A DNA stretch of 64,000 nt from Deltaproteobacteria bacterium (GTDB lineage Bacteria > Myxococcota_A > Polyangia > Fen-1088), in the NCBI GenBank assembly GCA_033763315.1, contig JANRKS010000008.1:64001-128000 (forward strand), in the 5' to 3' direction. Numbering within the stretch: position 1 is the stretch's first letter; the number at the start of each line of letters is the position of its first letter. This document shows, piece by piece, positions 50,894 through 60,633 of this stretch. The notes beneath the pieces are model-generated. The model was not told where the DNA came from and made no database searches. It saw nothing but the letters and a program-made list of their open reading frames with translations. Position numbers and translations under genes: made by a program.

Positions 50894-51082
50894 ATGAATT
50901 TGCGACACATTCGTCCGGGAACGCCTGACTGGCAAGACGCGGTTGAGGAAGGTTTGCGGGGCAGCGAGCGGCTGAACCCGGAGGAGCTTTACAAACTGCG
51001 TCAGATTTTGGCGATGGAGCAAACGCTGATGGGCATGCCGTCGCCTTGGCTGGGCAAAGCCGCCCGCGTGCGTTCCTCGTAG
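50894..51082 (+). CDS. Small hypothetical protein (62 aa)
   Basis: Strong RBS GGAGGGAGGGG before ATG. Plausible amphipathic helical sequence. Confidence 0.5.
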   Translation: MNLRHIRPGTPDWQDAVEEGLRGSERLNPEELYKLRQILAMEQTLMGMPSPWLGKAARVRSS

Positions 51083-51135
51083 GCGCAACGCTCGTTCGGC
51101 TGCGTCAAGGGCGCGGGCTTGGTAAGAAGCCGGCC

Positions 51136-53076
51136 ATGCGCGGTTTGACGCCTCTTTGTTTTGTCCTGGGTGTGGCTTTGGCGGTGTCGTCCTGCGCGAC
51201 AGGCGCGCGGGCACAGGGTAATGCGGCCGCATCCACGCCGCCCATCGAGCCACCACCGGTAACCGCGCCGGACGGGACTGAGTCCCAGGCCCCGCCGGTG
51301 TCTGGCGTTGAGGCGAGCAGCGGTGCCGAGGCGGACTTTCAGCTCGCCACCACGAAGCATCTGTCAGGGGACCTGGCAGGCGCAAAGGCCCTGGCATTGG
51401 AGCTGCGTGGGCAACCGGCCGTGCGCGAGCGCGCCAACGCCCTGCTGGCTTTGGTGTTCTTGGAGCAAGGCGATCCGGCGCAGGCTCGACGAACCTTGAC
51501 GCCTGGTCCGGCCGCCGCGAGCGCCACGAATTTTCTAGCCGCCGTGGCCGACGCGCGGCTTGGCCAAGCTGCGGCGGCGTGGCCCACGCTTGCCCCCTTG
51601 CTTCGCGCGGAGGCGCCGCTGGTGCCTGGGCTCACAGCGGACGTCGCCACGGCCATGTTATTTGTGGCGGGCGCCGAAAGCGCCGCGGGCACAGGACACG
51701 TCAGCGACGCTTTGCAAGCATGGCAACGTTATGCGGACACGGGACGACCTGCAGAAAAAGCTTTTGCTCTGCGCAGGGCCGAAGCGGGTGTGGCAGCGCT
51801 CAGTGAGAAGGACGCGTTGGTGCTTTACCAAAACAGCCGCAGCAATCTGTCACGGGTTGTGCTGGCATCCAAGGCGGCTGTGGCGCTCGCAGGCAGCGGC
51901 CAAGCGGAGGCGGCACGCAAGGCCACCGAAGAAGCGGCCTCGCTGCGACGGGAGTTCGACAACACAGCCACGACCGGCGCGGCCGTGTGGGCCGGCACGG
52001 GCGATCCGGGGCGCTTGGGTCTATCGATTCCACTTTCGGGCAAAGGGCAACCATTGGGCTTGGCCATCACGCGCGGTGCGGTGGTAGCCATTGGAACGCC
52101 ATCCAGCAACAAGGATGTGGGTCCCGCGCAAGTGATGGTGCGAGACACCGCGGGCCGTGGGGGTCCGTTAACAGCCGCCACTGAGCTCGCTCGCGAAGAG
52201 GCTGTGCTGGGCGTCGTGGGCTTGGCCGATGCGGCCACGATCGAACAAATGTCCCGCGATGGTGTGCCCTACTTGGTTATGGGTGGCGCAAATCCCGGTG
52301 CACAAACCACGTCGTTCCAATTGGTGCACGGGAGTGAAGCGCGAATCCGGGCGCTGGCAGATCTGGCCCAAGCGCGCGGGATTCGCTCGTTTGCGATGCT
52401 GGCGCCTGACAACGACAGCGGCCGTCGTGCATGTGAGACGTTTCGGCAAGCGGTGGCCGCCACGCGCGGGCAAGTGGTTGCAGAAGCAAAGTATCCACCC
52501 AACGCCACGGCGTTCACCAAGGAAGTGGAAGCGTTGAAGAAGCAACGTTGGGAGGCGCTGTTCGTGCCCGACAGTGCTGACAAACTTGAACTGATAGGGC
52601 CTGCGTTGGCGGTGGCCGATCTGTGGGCGCAGCCCACGGCTAGTGTGGTGGCGGCGGCCAAAGAGAAGCCGAAGCGTGGTGCAAGCAAGCGCAACATCTT
52701 AATGCTTTCCACCGCCGCTGGCGTTTCGAAGAAAACGTTGGACCACGCTGGACGGTATTTGCAGGGCGCTTTGCTGGCGCCCGGCTATCACCCTGATCCA
52801 GATCAACCTTCGGCCGCGCGCTTTGTGAACGAGTTCCGCGGGCTTTACGGTCGCGATCCAGGCGCGAGCGATGCGTATGGCTTTGATGGCGTTCACTTGT
52901 TGAGAGCATGCGTTGAGCGCGGGGCACGCAGCCGCGCGGATGTATTGCGTATCTTGGCCAGCGGCGTGGAATTTCCAGGCGTCACAGGCAGCTTGCGGTT
53001 TGGGCCGGATCACGGGCGCATGGATCGCGCGCTTATTTACGAGGTAAGCGACGATCGCATTCGCGCGCAGCCTTAG
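51136..53076 (+). CDS. LpoA-like penicillin-binding protein activator / type I periplasmic binding lipoprotein
   Basis: Lipobox VSSC, TPR-like helical N-half, GLSIPLSG....G, ALFVPD, F...YGR.P...AYGFD, F.GVTG.LRF. Confidence 0.75.
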   Translation: MRGLTPLCFVLGVALAVSSCATGARAQGNAAASTPPIEPPPVTAPDGTESQAPPVSGVEASSGAEADFQLATTKHLSGDLAGAKALALELRGQPAVRERANALLALVFLEQGDPAQARRTLTPGPAAASATNFLAAVADARLGQAAAAWPTLAPLLRAEAPLVPGLTADVATAMLFVAGAESAAGTGHVSDALQAWQRYADTGRPAEKAFALRRAEAGVAALSEKDALVLYQNSRSNLSRVVLASKAAVALAGSGQAEAARKATEEAASLRREFDNTATTGAAVWAGTGDPGRLGLSIPLSGKGQPLGLAITRGAVVAIGTPSSNKDVGPAQVMVRDTAGRGGPLTAATELAREEAVLGVVGLADAATIEQMSRDGVPYLVMGGANPGAQTTSFQLVHGSEARIRALADLAQARGIRSFAMLAPDNDSGRRACETFRQAVAATRGQVVAEAKYPPNATAFTKEVEALKKQRWEALFVPDSADKLELIGPALAVADLWAQPTASVVAAAKEKPKRGASKRNILMLSTAAGVSKKTLDHAGRYLQGALLAPGYHPDPDQPSAARFVNEFRGLYGRDPGASDAYGFDGVHLLRACVERGARSRADVLRILASGVEFPGVTGSLRFGPDHGRMDRALIYEVSDDRIRAQP

Positions 53077-53125
53077 GAGCTGTGGAGCCCGCGCCACAAC
53101 GAACATCGCCAAGGTGCTTTCCTAG

Positions 53126-53262
53126 CGCCTGCGAAGCCGATACCTTGTGGCCCGCAACCTCGCCGACAGCTATGGCCCGCGACGGGTCGAAGCCGGGTCC
53201 TATTTCGTCATCGGAGACAACCGCGACACCAGCAACGATTCACGGGTCTGGGGCCCGTGCTT
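53126..53262 (+). pseudogene. Signal peptidase I (S26) C-terminal remnant
   Basis: YGPRRVEAGSYFVIGDNRDTSNDSRVWGP (box E). An in-frame TAG lies at 53123 and no catalytic Ser/Lys boxes are present. Confidence 0.65.
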
Positions 53263-53330
53263 GAGGCTCTGCACGAAAAATTTTCGCGCGAGGGCCACAC
53301 CAGACGTTGCCGTCGGGTTAAGCTGTGTTC

Positions 53331-54224
53331 ATGTTCAAGCGAAGAGCAACGGTATGGGTGTTGCCGCTGGTTCTCAGCGGGTGCGGGACGGGGCGCAAAT
53401 CGCAGTGGGAAACCCCACAGCCGCCAGCGGCAACAGTGGCACAAACGAAAACCGCCGAGCCAGCGAACGACGCGGGCGCCGCAGCGGAGAACAGCTGGCA
53501 ACGCAGGTCATCCAAGGCGGCTTTGCAAGACGCCGTCGCCCGCTGGGAATCGATCCTCGCGGCCAACCCCGCCGATGGTGCTACTTGGGCAAAAATCTCG
53601 CGGGCCTACTATTTCCTTGCCGATGGTTATCTGCGAACCGACCCCAAGTCGGATGCTTACCTCGACACTTTTGAGAAGGGAACCGGCGCAGGCGAGCGCG
53701 CGCTGGCGGCCATCAGCCCCGAGTTTAAAGCGCGTGTGGTCAAGGGTGATGACGTGGAGGACGCGATCAAAGTGGTGGGCCCTGAGGGGCTTGCGGCCAT
53801 GTATTGGTACGCCGTGAACTTAAGCAAATGGTCAAGGGCCAAGGGTTTGGCCGCGTTGCTGGGGAATAAAGAACGGGTCAAAAGCGTCGTATCGAGAGTG
53901 CTTGAACTTGACGAGACGTTCTTTCACGGCGCCCCTCATCGCTATTTTGGCGCTTATTGGGCCCTGGTGCCCGTCGGCCGCGACCTGGAGAAAAGCAAAC
54001 AGCATTTCGACAAGAGCCTGGCGCTCGCGCCTCATTACGCGGGAACGAAGGTGCTGATGGCCGAAAGCTACGCCGTGAAAAAGCAAGACAAGGCGCTCTT
54101 TCTCAAACTTCTCGATGAGGTGCTGGCCATGCCCGAAGATGCGATCGCCGATCTGGTGCCCGAAACGCGCGTTGAAAAAGACAAAGCCCGAGAACTAAAG
54201 GCGAAGGTCGATGAGCTCTTTTAG
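53331..54224 (+). CDS. TatT-family TPR lipoprotein of a TPAT-type TRAP transporter
   Basis: Lipobox LSGC, all-helical, ELDETFFHGAPH..G...GRDLEKSKQHF, adjacent to dctP. Confidence 0.8.
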   Translation: MFKRRATVWVLPLVLSGCGTGRKSQWETPQPPAATVAQTKTAEPANDAGAAAENSWQRRSSKAALQDAVARWESILAANPADGATWAKISRAYYFLADGYLRTDPKSDAYLDTFEKGTGAGERALAAISPEFKARVVKGDDVEDAIKVVGPEGLAAMYWYAVNLSKWSRAKGLAALLGNKERVKSVVSRVLELDETFFHGAPHRYFGAYWALVPVGRDLEKSKQHFDKSLALAPHYAGTKVLMAESYAVKKQDKALFLKLLDEVLAMPEDAIADLVPETRVEKDKARELKAKVDELF

Positions 54225-55242
54225 CCCGAAAGTGAAGCGTCGTCGGCTGCTAGCTGCCGGCGCAGGCGTTGGGGTGGGTACGCTGTTGCCGCGAGCACAG
54301 GCGCAAACCACCTTCACGCTGAAGCTGGCGACGGTTGCGCCTGAGGGCACGCCTTGGGCCGAGCAAGTCGCGGAGTACAGCAAGAAAGTGCAGGCCGAAT
54401 CCAACGGGCGGCTGCGCATCAAGGCGTTCTTGGGCGGGGCGCTCGGGGACGAGATTCAAACCATCGGTGAGTGTCGCCGCGGCTCGATTGGGATGTGGGG
54501 CGGCACCACGGGATCGCTGGCTTCATCGGTGCCTGAGATATCCGTACTGGAGCTGCCCTATCTGTTTCGATCGGCGCAAGAGGCAGATCACATCCTTGAT
54601 AAGGTGCTGGCAGAAGAGCTGCGCAGGCGTCTTCTGGCACGCGGCTTTGTGGTGGTGCTGTGGTCTGAAAATGGCTTTCGATCGTTCGGCACAAAATGGG
54701 GACCCATTCGCGCGCCTGGTGATTTGCAGGGCCACAAAATGCGATCGCAAGAAAGCCTGGTGCACCTCGAAACTTACCGCGCGTTGGGGGCATTGCCGCA
54801 ACCCATTGCCATCACGGAGGTTTTGCCGGCCCTGCAAACGGGCGTGGTGGATGGCTTCGACAACACGCCGCTATACACCTTTGCAGCGTCGTGGCACTTG
54901 GCGATCAAGCATTTCACATTATCGCAGCACATTTATCAGCCCGGGCTGATTCTGCTTTCAAAGAAGGAATACGATAAGCTGCCGCCCAATCTGCAGAAGA
55001 TCCTCACCAGCGATCTAGATAAGATCACAATGAATGGGCGAGCCGCGGTCCGAGAGATGGATCCCCTGCTGTTGCAGAATTTCAACGCGGCCAAGATCCC
55101 CGTGTACACGCCGTCGGCGGCCGAGCGGGCGGCGCTGGCCAAAGCAACCTCGGTGGTTGAACAGAAACTTGTGAAGGCGGTGCCCACCGTGAAGCCTTTG
55201 CTGGCGTCGATCAAGAAAGCCCTGGGGTCACGCAAAGGATGA
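54211..55242 (+). CDS. dctP: TRAP substrate-binding protein DctP (TatP-type)
   Basis: Twin-Arg-like signal RRRLL, LKLATVAPEGTPW, GGALGDE, ENGFR, EVLPALQTGVVDG. Confidence 0.9.
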   Translation: MSSFSPKVKRRRLLAAGAGVGVGTLLPRAQAQTTFTLKLATVAPEGTPWAEQVAEYSKKVQAESNGRLRIKAFLGGALGDEIQTIGECRRGSIGMWGGTTGSLASSVPEISVLELPYLFRSAQEADHILDKVLAEELRRRLLARGFVVVLWSENGFRSFGTKWGPIRAPGDLQGHKMRSQESLVHLETYRALGALPQPIAITEVLPALQTGVVDGFDNTPLYTFAASWHLAIKHFTLSQHIYQPGLILLSKKEYDKLPPNLQKILTSDLDKITMNGRAAVREMDPLLLQNFNAAKIPVYTPSAAERAALAKATSVVEQKLVKAVPTVKPLLASIKKALGSRKG

Positions 55243-56003
55243 GCGACGAACGCGGCGGGGCGCGACGGTCGTTGATGCGTCTTGAAGCCCTTGTGACGGC
55301 GTTCGAGCGCGGGCTGATCATCGTTTTATTGGCCACCATGGCGGGTGCGGTGTTTCTGGACGCGCTTCATCGCATCTTCGCTGCAAAATCTGGCCGCACG
55401 GAGCGGCTTGTGGCGGCCATTCTGCCGGCGGCTTCCGGTGCGTTGTCACAGGTCATTGCACCCACGCTTTTGGCTTTGGGCAGCTTCGGTGTTGTGTACG
55501 CAGCCTTGCGCACACGGCAGCAAGGTGTGGGTGCACGCAAACGTTCGCTGTTGATCGCCGCGATCATCACGGTGGCGTTGGTGGCCGGCACACGCTTGCT
55601 GGTGCTGGGCTTGCCCAATGGGCTTGTGTGGTCTCAGCAGATGGCGTTGTGCTTTATGTTGTGGCTGGGCCTTACAGGCGCATCGCTGGCCACCCGCGAA
55701 CACGGCCACATTGTGTTTGAGCTGGCGTCCAAGCTGTGGCCGTCCTCGCTAAAGATGCCCGTGGAGTGGTTGTCACGGCTCTTGGCGGCGGGATTCTCGC
55801 TGTTTTTGGCCTACCTGTCAGTCGTTCACGCGCACGAGCACTACGTGGAATGGGCCACCTCTGACGGCCTCGCCGGCTTGTTCGAAGCCTTCCGCGTGCC
55901 CAAGTGGTTCGTTTACGGCTTCTTCCCCATTCCGCTCACCATCATGGGATTGCGCTTCTTGGCATTTGGTGTGCGTGCGCCCGAGGAGGGCATCACAACA
56001 TGA
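55239..56003 (+). CDS. dctQ: TRAP small permease DctQ (extended)
   Basis: WSQQMALCFMLWLG..GASLA....HI. Located between dctP and dctM. Confidence 0.8.
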   Translation: MSDERGGARRSLMRLEALVTAFERGLIIVLLATMAGAVFLDALHRIFAAKSGRTERLVAAILPAASGALSQVIAPTLLALGSFGVVYAALRTRQQGVGARKRSLLIAAIITVALVAGTRLLVLGLPNGLVWSQQMALCFMLWLGLTGASLATREHGHIVFELASKLWPSSLKMPVEWLSRLLAAGFSLFLAYLSVVHAHEHYVEWATSDGLAGLFEAFRVPKWFVYGFFPIPLTIMGLRFLAFGVRAPEEGITT

Positions 56004-57481
56004 TCTTGGCACTGGTGCTGTTCGTGCTGCTGGTGCTGGGTGTGCCGCTGTTCGTTGTCATTGGTGTGGCCGCGGCGGTTGCCTTCGGTGTTTACGCGGG
56101 GCACGGCGGTGTTGAGGGGCTTGTGGTGTTGGTGGTGAAGTTGTCCAGCCTCACCACCAAAAACGTCTTTCTCGCGATTCCGTTTTTCATCGTGTCAGGT
56201 GCGGTGATGGGCGCGGGCAGCATCGCGGCTCGCCTTGTTGCTGTGGCCGAGGCGCTGGTGGGCGGCATGCGCGGCGGGTTGGCCGTGGCAGCCCTGTTTG
56301 CCAGCGTGATTTTCGCAGCGTTGAGCGGCTCGTCGCCCGTGACGCTGATAGCGATCGGCGGCATCATGTTTCCGGCGATGCTCAAGGCCGGCTACCGCGA
56401 GCCGTTTGCGCTTGGGTTCGTGACCACCGCAGGCAGCTTGGGTTGCCTTGTGCCCCCTTCCATTCCTATGCTGGTTTACGCCATCAGTGTCACGGGCACC
56501 AGCTCCGTGGATGTGCGCGATCTGTTCTTGGCTGGCTTGGGCGCGGCTTTCGTCGTGGTGTTGATGCTCGCGGTCTACGCCATTTTTGCCGCGGGGCCCG
56601 TGCAGGCCACAGCCGCGTTTTCATGGTCGCGCTTGAAAACCGCGTTGCGTGAAGGTGCGTGGGCGCTGGCGTTGCCCGTTTTGATCTTGGGCGGCATTTA
56701 TGGCGGGTTGTTCACCCCCACCGAAGCCTCCGCGGTGAGCGTGGTTTATGCAGTGGTGGTTGAGGTTTTTATTCATCGCTCGCTGACGCTCGCACAGCTG
56801 CCCCAGGTGATTGTGAAGGCAACCACGCACATGGGCGGCCTGCTGCTGGTGATCGCGCTGTCGCTGGCCGTGAACGACTTTATGGTGGAAGCCGAAGTGG
56901 CTGAAGCGGCCTTGCAGCAGATTCGCGCGTGGGGGCTGGGTGCGATTGGCTTCATGATGGTGGTGAATGTGTTCCTGGTGGTCACGGGCATGTTTATGGA
57001 TTCGATCAGCGCGATCGTTCTGTTTACACCCGTCATTGCGCCGGCCGCTGTAGCGCTGGGAATCGATCCCCTGCATTTGGGCGTGGTGTTCATCGTGAAT
57101 ATGGAGATCGGCTATTTGGCGCCTCCCATTGCCACCAATCTGTTCGTGGCTTCAACCGTGTTCAAGAAGCCGTTCGGTCTGGTGGTGCGTGCTGTCATGC
57201 CTACGCTGTTAATTCTGTGCGCGGGGTTGCTGCTGCTGACCTACGTGCCCACGTTGACAGTTGGGCCGGTGCATGCCCTGCGAGGGGGTGCGTTCTTTCG
57301 GCCGTTTGCCACCACGGCGGCGCCGCCCCCGCAGCAAAATACGCCTACTCAATCCCCTGCGGAGCCAGCACCCGCTCAAGGCAACCGCGTGATGTCGATC
57401 GAAGAAATGATGCGTATCAACCGCGCCAAACGCGAAGCTGCACAACCAGCGAAACAGGTTGAAGCAGCACCCGCGCCCTAG
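56000..57481 (+). CDS. dctM: TRAP large permease DctM
   Basis: LAIPFFI, FAALSGSS, LVPPSIP, GGLFTPTEAS, GIDPLHLG, EIGYLAPP. Confidence 0.92.
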   Translation: MILALVLFVLLVLGVPLFVVIGVAAAVAFGVYAGHGGVEGLVVLVVKLSSLTTKNVFLAIPFFIVSGAVMGAGSIAARLVAVAEALVGGMRGGLAVAALFASVIFAALSGSSPVTLIAIGGIMFPAMLKAGYREPFALGFVTTAGSLGCLVPPSIPMLVYAISVTGTSSVDVRDLFLAGLGAAFVVVLMLAVYAIFAAGPVQATAAFSWSRLKTALREGAWALALPVLILGGIYGGLFTPTEASAVSVVYAVVVEVFIHRSLTLAQLPQVIVKATTHMGGLLLVIALSLAVNDFMVEAEVAEAALQQIRAWGLGAIGFMMVVNVFLVVTGMFMDSISAIVLFTPVIAPAAVALGIDPLHLGVVFIVNMEIGYLAPPIATNLFVASTVFKKPFGLVVRAVMPTLLILCAGLLLLTYVPTLTVGPVHALRGGAFFRPFATTAAPPPQQNTPTQSPAEPAPAQGNRVMSIEEMMRINRAKREAAQPAKQVEAAPAP

Positions 57482-57524
57482 TCAGTTGCCTCAGGCTGAT
57501 GAGCCATGCTAAACGGGGTGGGCC

Positions 57525-58736
57525 ATGGACCAGCTCAGCTCCGACCTTGCTTCGCTGCGCATCAGCCGCGACGAGCCCACCGGTCCCTCACGTACGCGTG
57601 GCGTGGCCTTCGTCTTGGTGGGCGTAGCAGCGGTTGCGGCGGTGGGTTACTTTGCGGTCACGGCCATCGGCGCCCGGGTATTCAAGCAGACTGTTGAAGC
57701 CACGACGATCGCGCTGATCTCGCCAAGCCAGGCCGCCATCCAGGTCACGTCCACCGGTTACGTGGTGCCCCAAGTGACCTCCAAGGTGGGCGTGAAGGTG
57801 GCGGGCCGGATCGAAAGCGTGCTGGTCAAAGAAGGCGACGTCGTCAAAAAAGGCGATGTGATCGCCACCTTGGCCAACGCCGAGCAACGCAGCGCCATCA
57901 ACGCGGCTTCGTCACGCGTGTTGGTGGCGCGGGCGCGGATAGAAACGGCGAAGGCAAACTTGGCCGAAGTCACGCGGCAGCTTGAACGCTCGCGCAACCT
58001 CTTGGCAGGCAACGCCGTGCCGCGGGCACAGGTTGAAGACCTAACGGCACGAGCCGAAGCGCTAAGCCAAGCCGAAAAAGCCGCGCGCGCAGAGGCGGTG
58101 GCGTCCGAAGCCGAAGCGCAAACGCTGCGAGTGGCACTAGATGATCGCGTGATCCTGGCTCCCATCGACGGGACGGTTGTGGCCAAACCGGTTGCCGCGG
58201 GTGAAAGCGTAAACCTCTCGTCGTCGGTGGCTGAACTCGCTGACTTTTCAAGCATCGTTGTGGAGACAGATGTGCCGGAAGCCCGCTTAGGCCTGGTTAG
58301 CGTAGGCGCGCCGTGCGAGATCGTGCTCGATGCGTATCCTACGCGTCGCTACCGCGGTGTGGCCTCTGAGATCGGTCGTCGCGTGAACCGAGCCAAAGCC
58401 ACGGTCGTTGTGAAGGTTCGTTTTGAGGACAGCACCGATGGCGTGTTGCCCGAGATGGCTGCACGCGTGAGCTTCCTTCGCGAGAAGTTGTCGGACGCGG
58501 CGCTGCAAGAAAAGCCTAAGAAAGTGGTGGCTAAAGAAGCGATCGTCGAGCGAGACGGGCGCTCAGTTTTGTTCGTCATTGAAAACGGGCAGATCAAAGA
58601 GACGTCCGTACAACTGGGAGACACGGTCGGATCCAGCGTTGAACTCAAAGAGGGTCCCGCAGCTGGCGTGCGCGTGGTGCGAAACCCCACGGCCGAATTA
58701 CGCAGCGGCACCAAGGTAAAAACGTCCGAAGATTAG
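57525..58736 (+). CDS. Efflux periplasmic adaptor (HlyD/MacA-like)
   Basis: N-terminal TM, GRIESVLVKEGDVVKKG, coiled coil, ILAPIDGTV, LPEMAARV. Confidence 0.9.
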   Translation: MDQLSSDLASLRISRDEPTGPSRTRGVAFVLVGVAAVAAVGYFAVTAIGARVFKQTVEATTIALISPSQAAIQVTSTGYVVPQVTSKVGVKVAGRIESVLVKEGDVVKKGDVIATLANAEQRSAINAASSRVLVARARIETAKANLAEVTRQLERSRNLLAGNAVPRAQVEDLTARAEALSQAEKAARAEAVASEAEAQTLRVALDDRVILAPIDGTVVAKPVAAGESVNLSSSVAELADFSSIVVETDVPEARLGLVSVGAPCEIVLDAYPTRRYRGVASEIGRRVNRAKATVVVKVRFEDSTDGVLPEMAARVSFLREKLSDAALQEKPKKVVAKEAIVERDGRSVLFVIENGQIKETSVQLGDTVGSSVELKEGPAAGVRVVRNPTAELRSGTKVKTSED

Positions 58737-58774
58737 GACGACGGCTTTAAGCACAGAAGAACGGAGCTAGCGAC

Positions 58775-59455
58775 ATGAGCACGGATTCCCCCATCGTTTC
58801 CCTCACAGGGATTCGCAAAACCTTCTACCGCGGCAAAGAGCCACTCACCGTTCTTGACGGTCTGACGTTGGAGATCCCCTCGGGGTCATTCGAAGCGCTG
58901 ATGGGGCCATCGGGCTCGGGTAAATCAACTCTGCTGAATCTGATTGCTGGTTTGGATCGCCCTACCCAAGGCACGGCGATCGTAGCTGGCGTGAACATCG
59001 GCGAAAAGAGCGATGGCGAGCTTGCAAAGTTTCGCGCCCGTCACATAGGGTTCATCTTTCAGGCTTACAACTTGATGCCCGTATTGACGGCCCAAGAAAA
59101 TGTTGAGCTGCCCTTGTTGCTCACCAAACTATCGGGCGCCGAGCGAAAAAAGCGCGCACAAACCGCGTTGCGCGTGGTGGGCCTTGAGGAGCGCAGCCAC
59201 CACTACCCCCGGCAGCTCTCCGGTGGGCAAGAACAGCGCGTGGCCATTGCAAGGGCCATCGTCAACGATCCGACCATCATCGTGGCGGACGAACCCACAG
59301 GCGATTTGGATCGCAAAAGCGCCGATGAGATCCTGAACTTGCTTGAACGTTTGAACACGGAATTCAAAAAGACCATCCTGATGGTTACGCACGATCCAGC
59401 CGCCGCCGAACGGGCGCGCGTCACGCGCAAGCTAGACAAAGGCCAGCTGCAATGA
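58775..59455 (+). CDS. ABC transporter ATP-binding protein (MacB/LolD-like)
   Basis: GPSGSGKST, LSGGQEQRVAIARA, ADEPTG, VTHD. Confidence 0.95.
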   Translation: MSTDSPIVSLTGIRKTFYRGKEPLTVLDGLTLEIPSGSFEALMGPSGSGKSTLLNLIAGLDRPTQGTAIVAGVNIGEKSDGELAKFRARHIGFIFQAYNLMPVLTAQENVELPLLLTKLSGAERKKRAQTALRVVGLEERSHHYPRQLSGGQEQRVAIARAIVNDPTIIVADEPTGDLDRKSADEILNLLERLNTEFKKTILMVTHDPAAAERARVTRKLDKGQLQ

Positions 59456-60621
59456 TCAACCTGCTGCGCATCGCCGCGCGAAATCTTTTGCGCAACAAAA
59501 CGCGCACGGTGCTCACCATCCTCGGCGCCTCCGTTGCGATCATTGCGTTCGTCATGCTTCGCACCGTTTTGTCGGCGTGGTCCACGGCGGCTGATTACGC
59601 AGCCAAGGATCGGATCGCCACCCGCCATAAGGTCAGCTTCGTGATCACGATGCCCAAGAACTACTTGGACCAAGTGCGCGCGGTGCCCGGCGTTTCGGAG
59701 GCCACCTACGCCATTTGGTTCGGCGGCAAGAACCCCAAGAAGCCCGAGCAGTTTTTCGCGACGATCGCGTCTGATCCGGCCTCGATGTTGAGCGTCTACG
59801 ATGAGTTGGTCCTGCCGCCCGATCAAAAGCAGAACTTCCTGGCCGATAAGCAAGGCGCGATTATTGGCGACGTCCTGGCCCGGCAGTTGGGGCTCAAGGT
59901 GGGCGATCGCTTCACGCTTCAAGGCAGCATTTTTCCAGGCGATTGGCCTTTGAACATATCGGGGATCTATACGGCGACGAAGAAGTCGATGGATAGGTCC
60001 AGCTTGTTCTTTCACTATTCATACGTGAACGATTCGTTGCCGCCGGATCGCCAAGACCAAATCGGGTGGATCGCCGCGAGGGTGGCAGACCCCGGGCGCG
60101 GCCCTGAAATCTCGGCGGCCATCGACCGATTATTTGATTCTAAGGACGTTCAAACGGTGACCATGAGCGAACGCGCCATGAACCTGTCTTTTATGGGCAT
60201 GATCAGCTCGTTGTTGCGCGCACTTGATGTCATCTCGATCATCATCTTGGTGATCATGATGATGATCTTGGGCAACACAATCGCGATGGGCGTTCGTGAG
60301 CGCACACGTGAGTATGGTGTGCTGCGCGCAATTGGCTTTCCGCCATCATCGATTGCTTTGTTTGTCATGGGCGAAGCGCTGGTGACTGGCGTTGTAACCG
60401 GTGTGGTGGGTCTTGCCCTTTCTGTGCCGTTGGTTGAACAAGGCTTGGGCCGTTGGCTCGAAGAGAATATGGGCGCTTGGTTCCCCTACTTCCGCATCGA
60501 CACACAGACCTATGTCATGGGCATGGGGTTGGCAATCTTACTGGCCCTGGCTGCGTCCATCATTCCGGCACGCAATGCTTTTCGACTTCAGGTTACCGAC
60601 GCGCTTCGGCGGCTGGTTTAA
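59452..60621 (+). CDS. ABC transporter permease (FtsX/MacB-like)
   Basis: RNLLRNKTRT.LT, periplasmic domain, VRERTREYGVLRAIGF. Confidence 0.9.
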   Translation: MINLLRIAARNLLRNKTRTVLTILGASVAIIAFVMLRTVLSAWSTAADYAAKDRIATRHKVSFVITMPKNYLDQVRAVPGVSEATYAIWFGGKNPKKPEQFFATIASDPASMLSVYDELVLPPDQKQNFLADKQGAIIGDVLARQLGLKVGDRFTLQGSIFPGDWPLNISGIYTATKKSMDRSSLFFHYSYVNDSLPPDRQDQIGWIAARVADPGRGPEISAAIDRLFDSKDVQTVTMSERAMNLSFMGMISSLLRALDVISIIILVIMMMILGNTIAMGVRERTREYGVLRAIGFPPSSIALFVMGEALVTGVVTGVVGLALSVPLVEQGLGRWLEENMGAWFPYFRIDTQTYVMGMGLAILLALAASIIPARNAFRLQVTDALRRLV

Positions 60622-60633
60622 GGAAGGTTCGCT

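Noticed and set aside
53147-53674. 175-aa ORF as an intact signal peptidase
   Set aside because: Only the first ~35 aa resemble LepB. The rest overlaps tatT out of frame, and the catalytic Ser/Lys and TM are missing.
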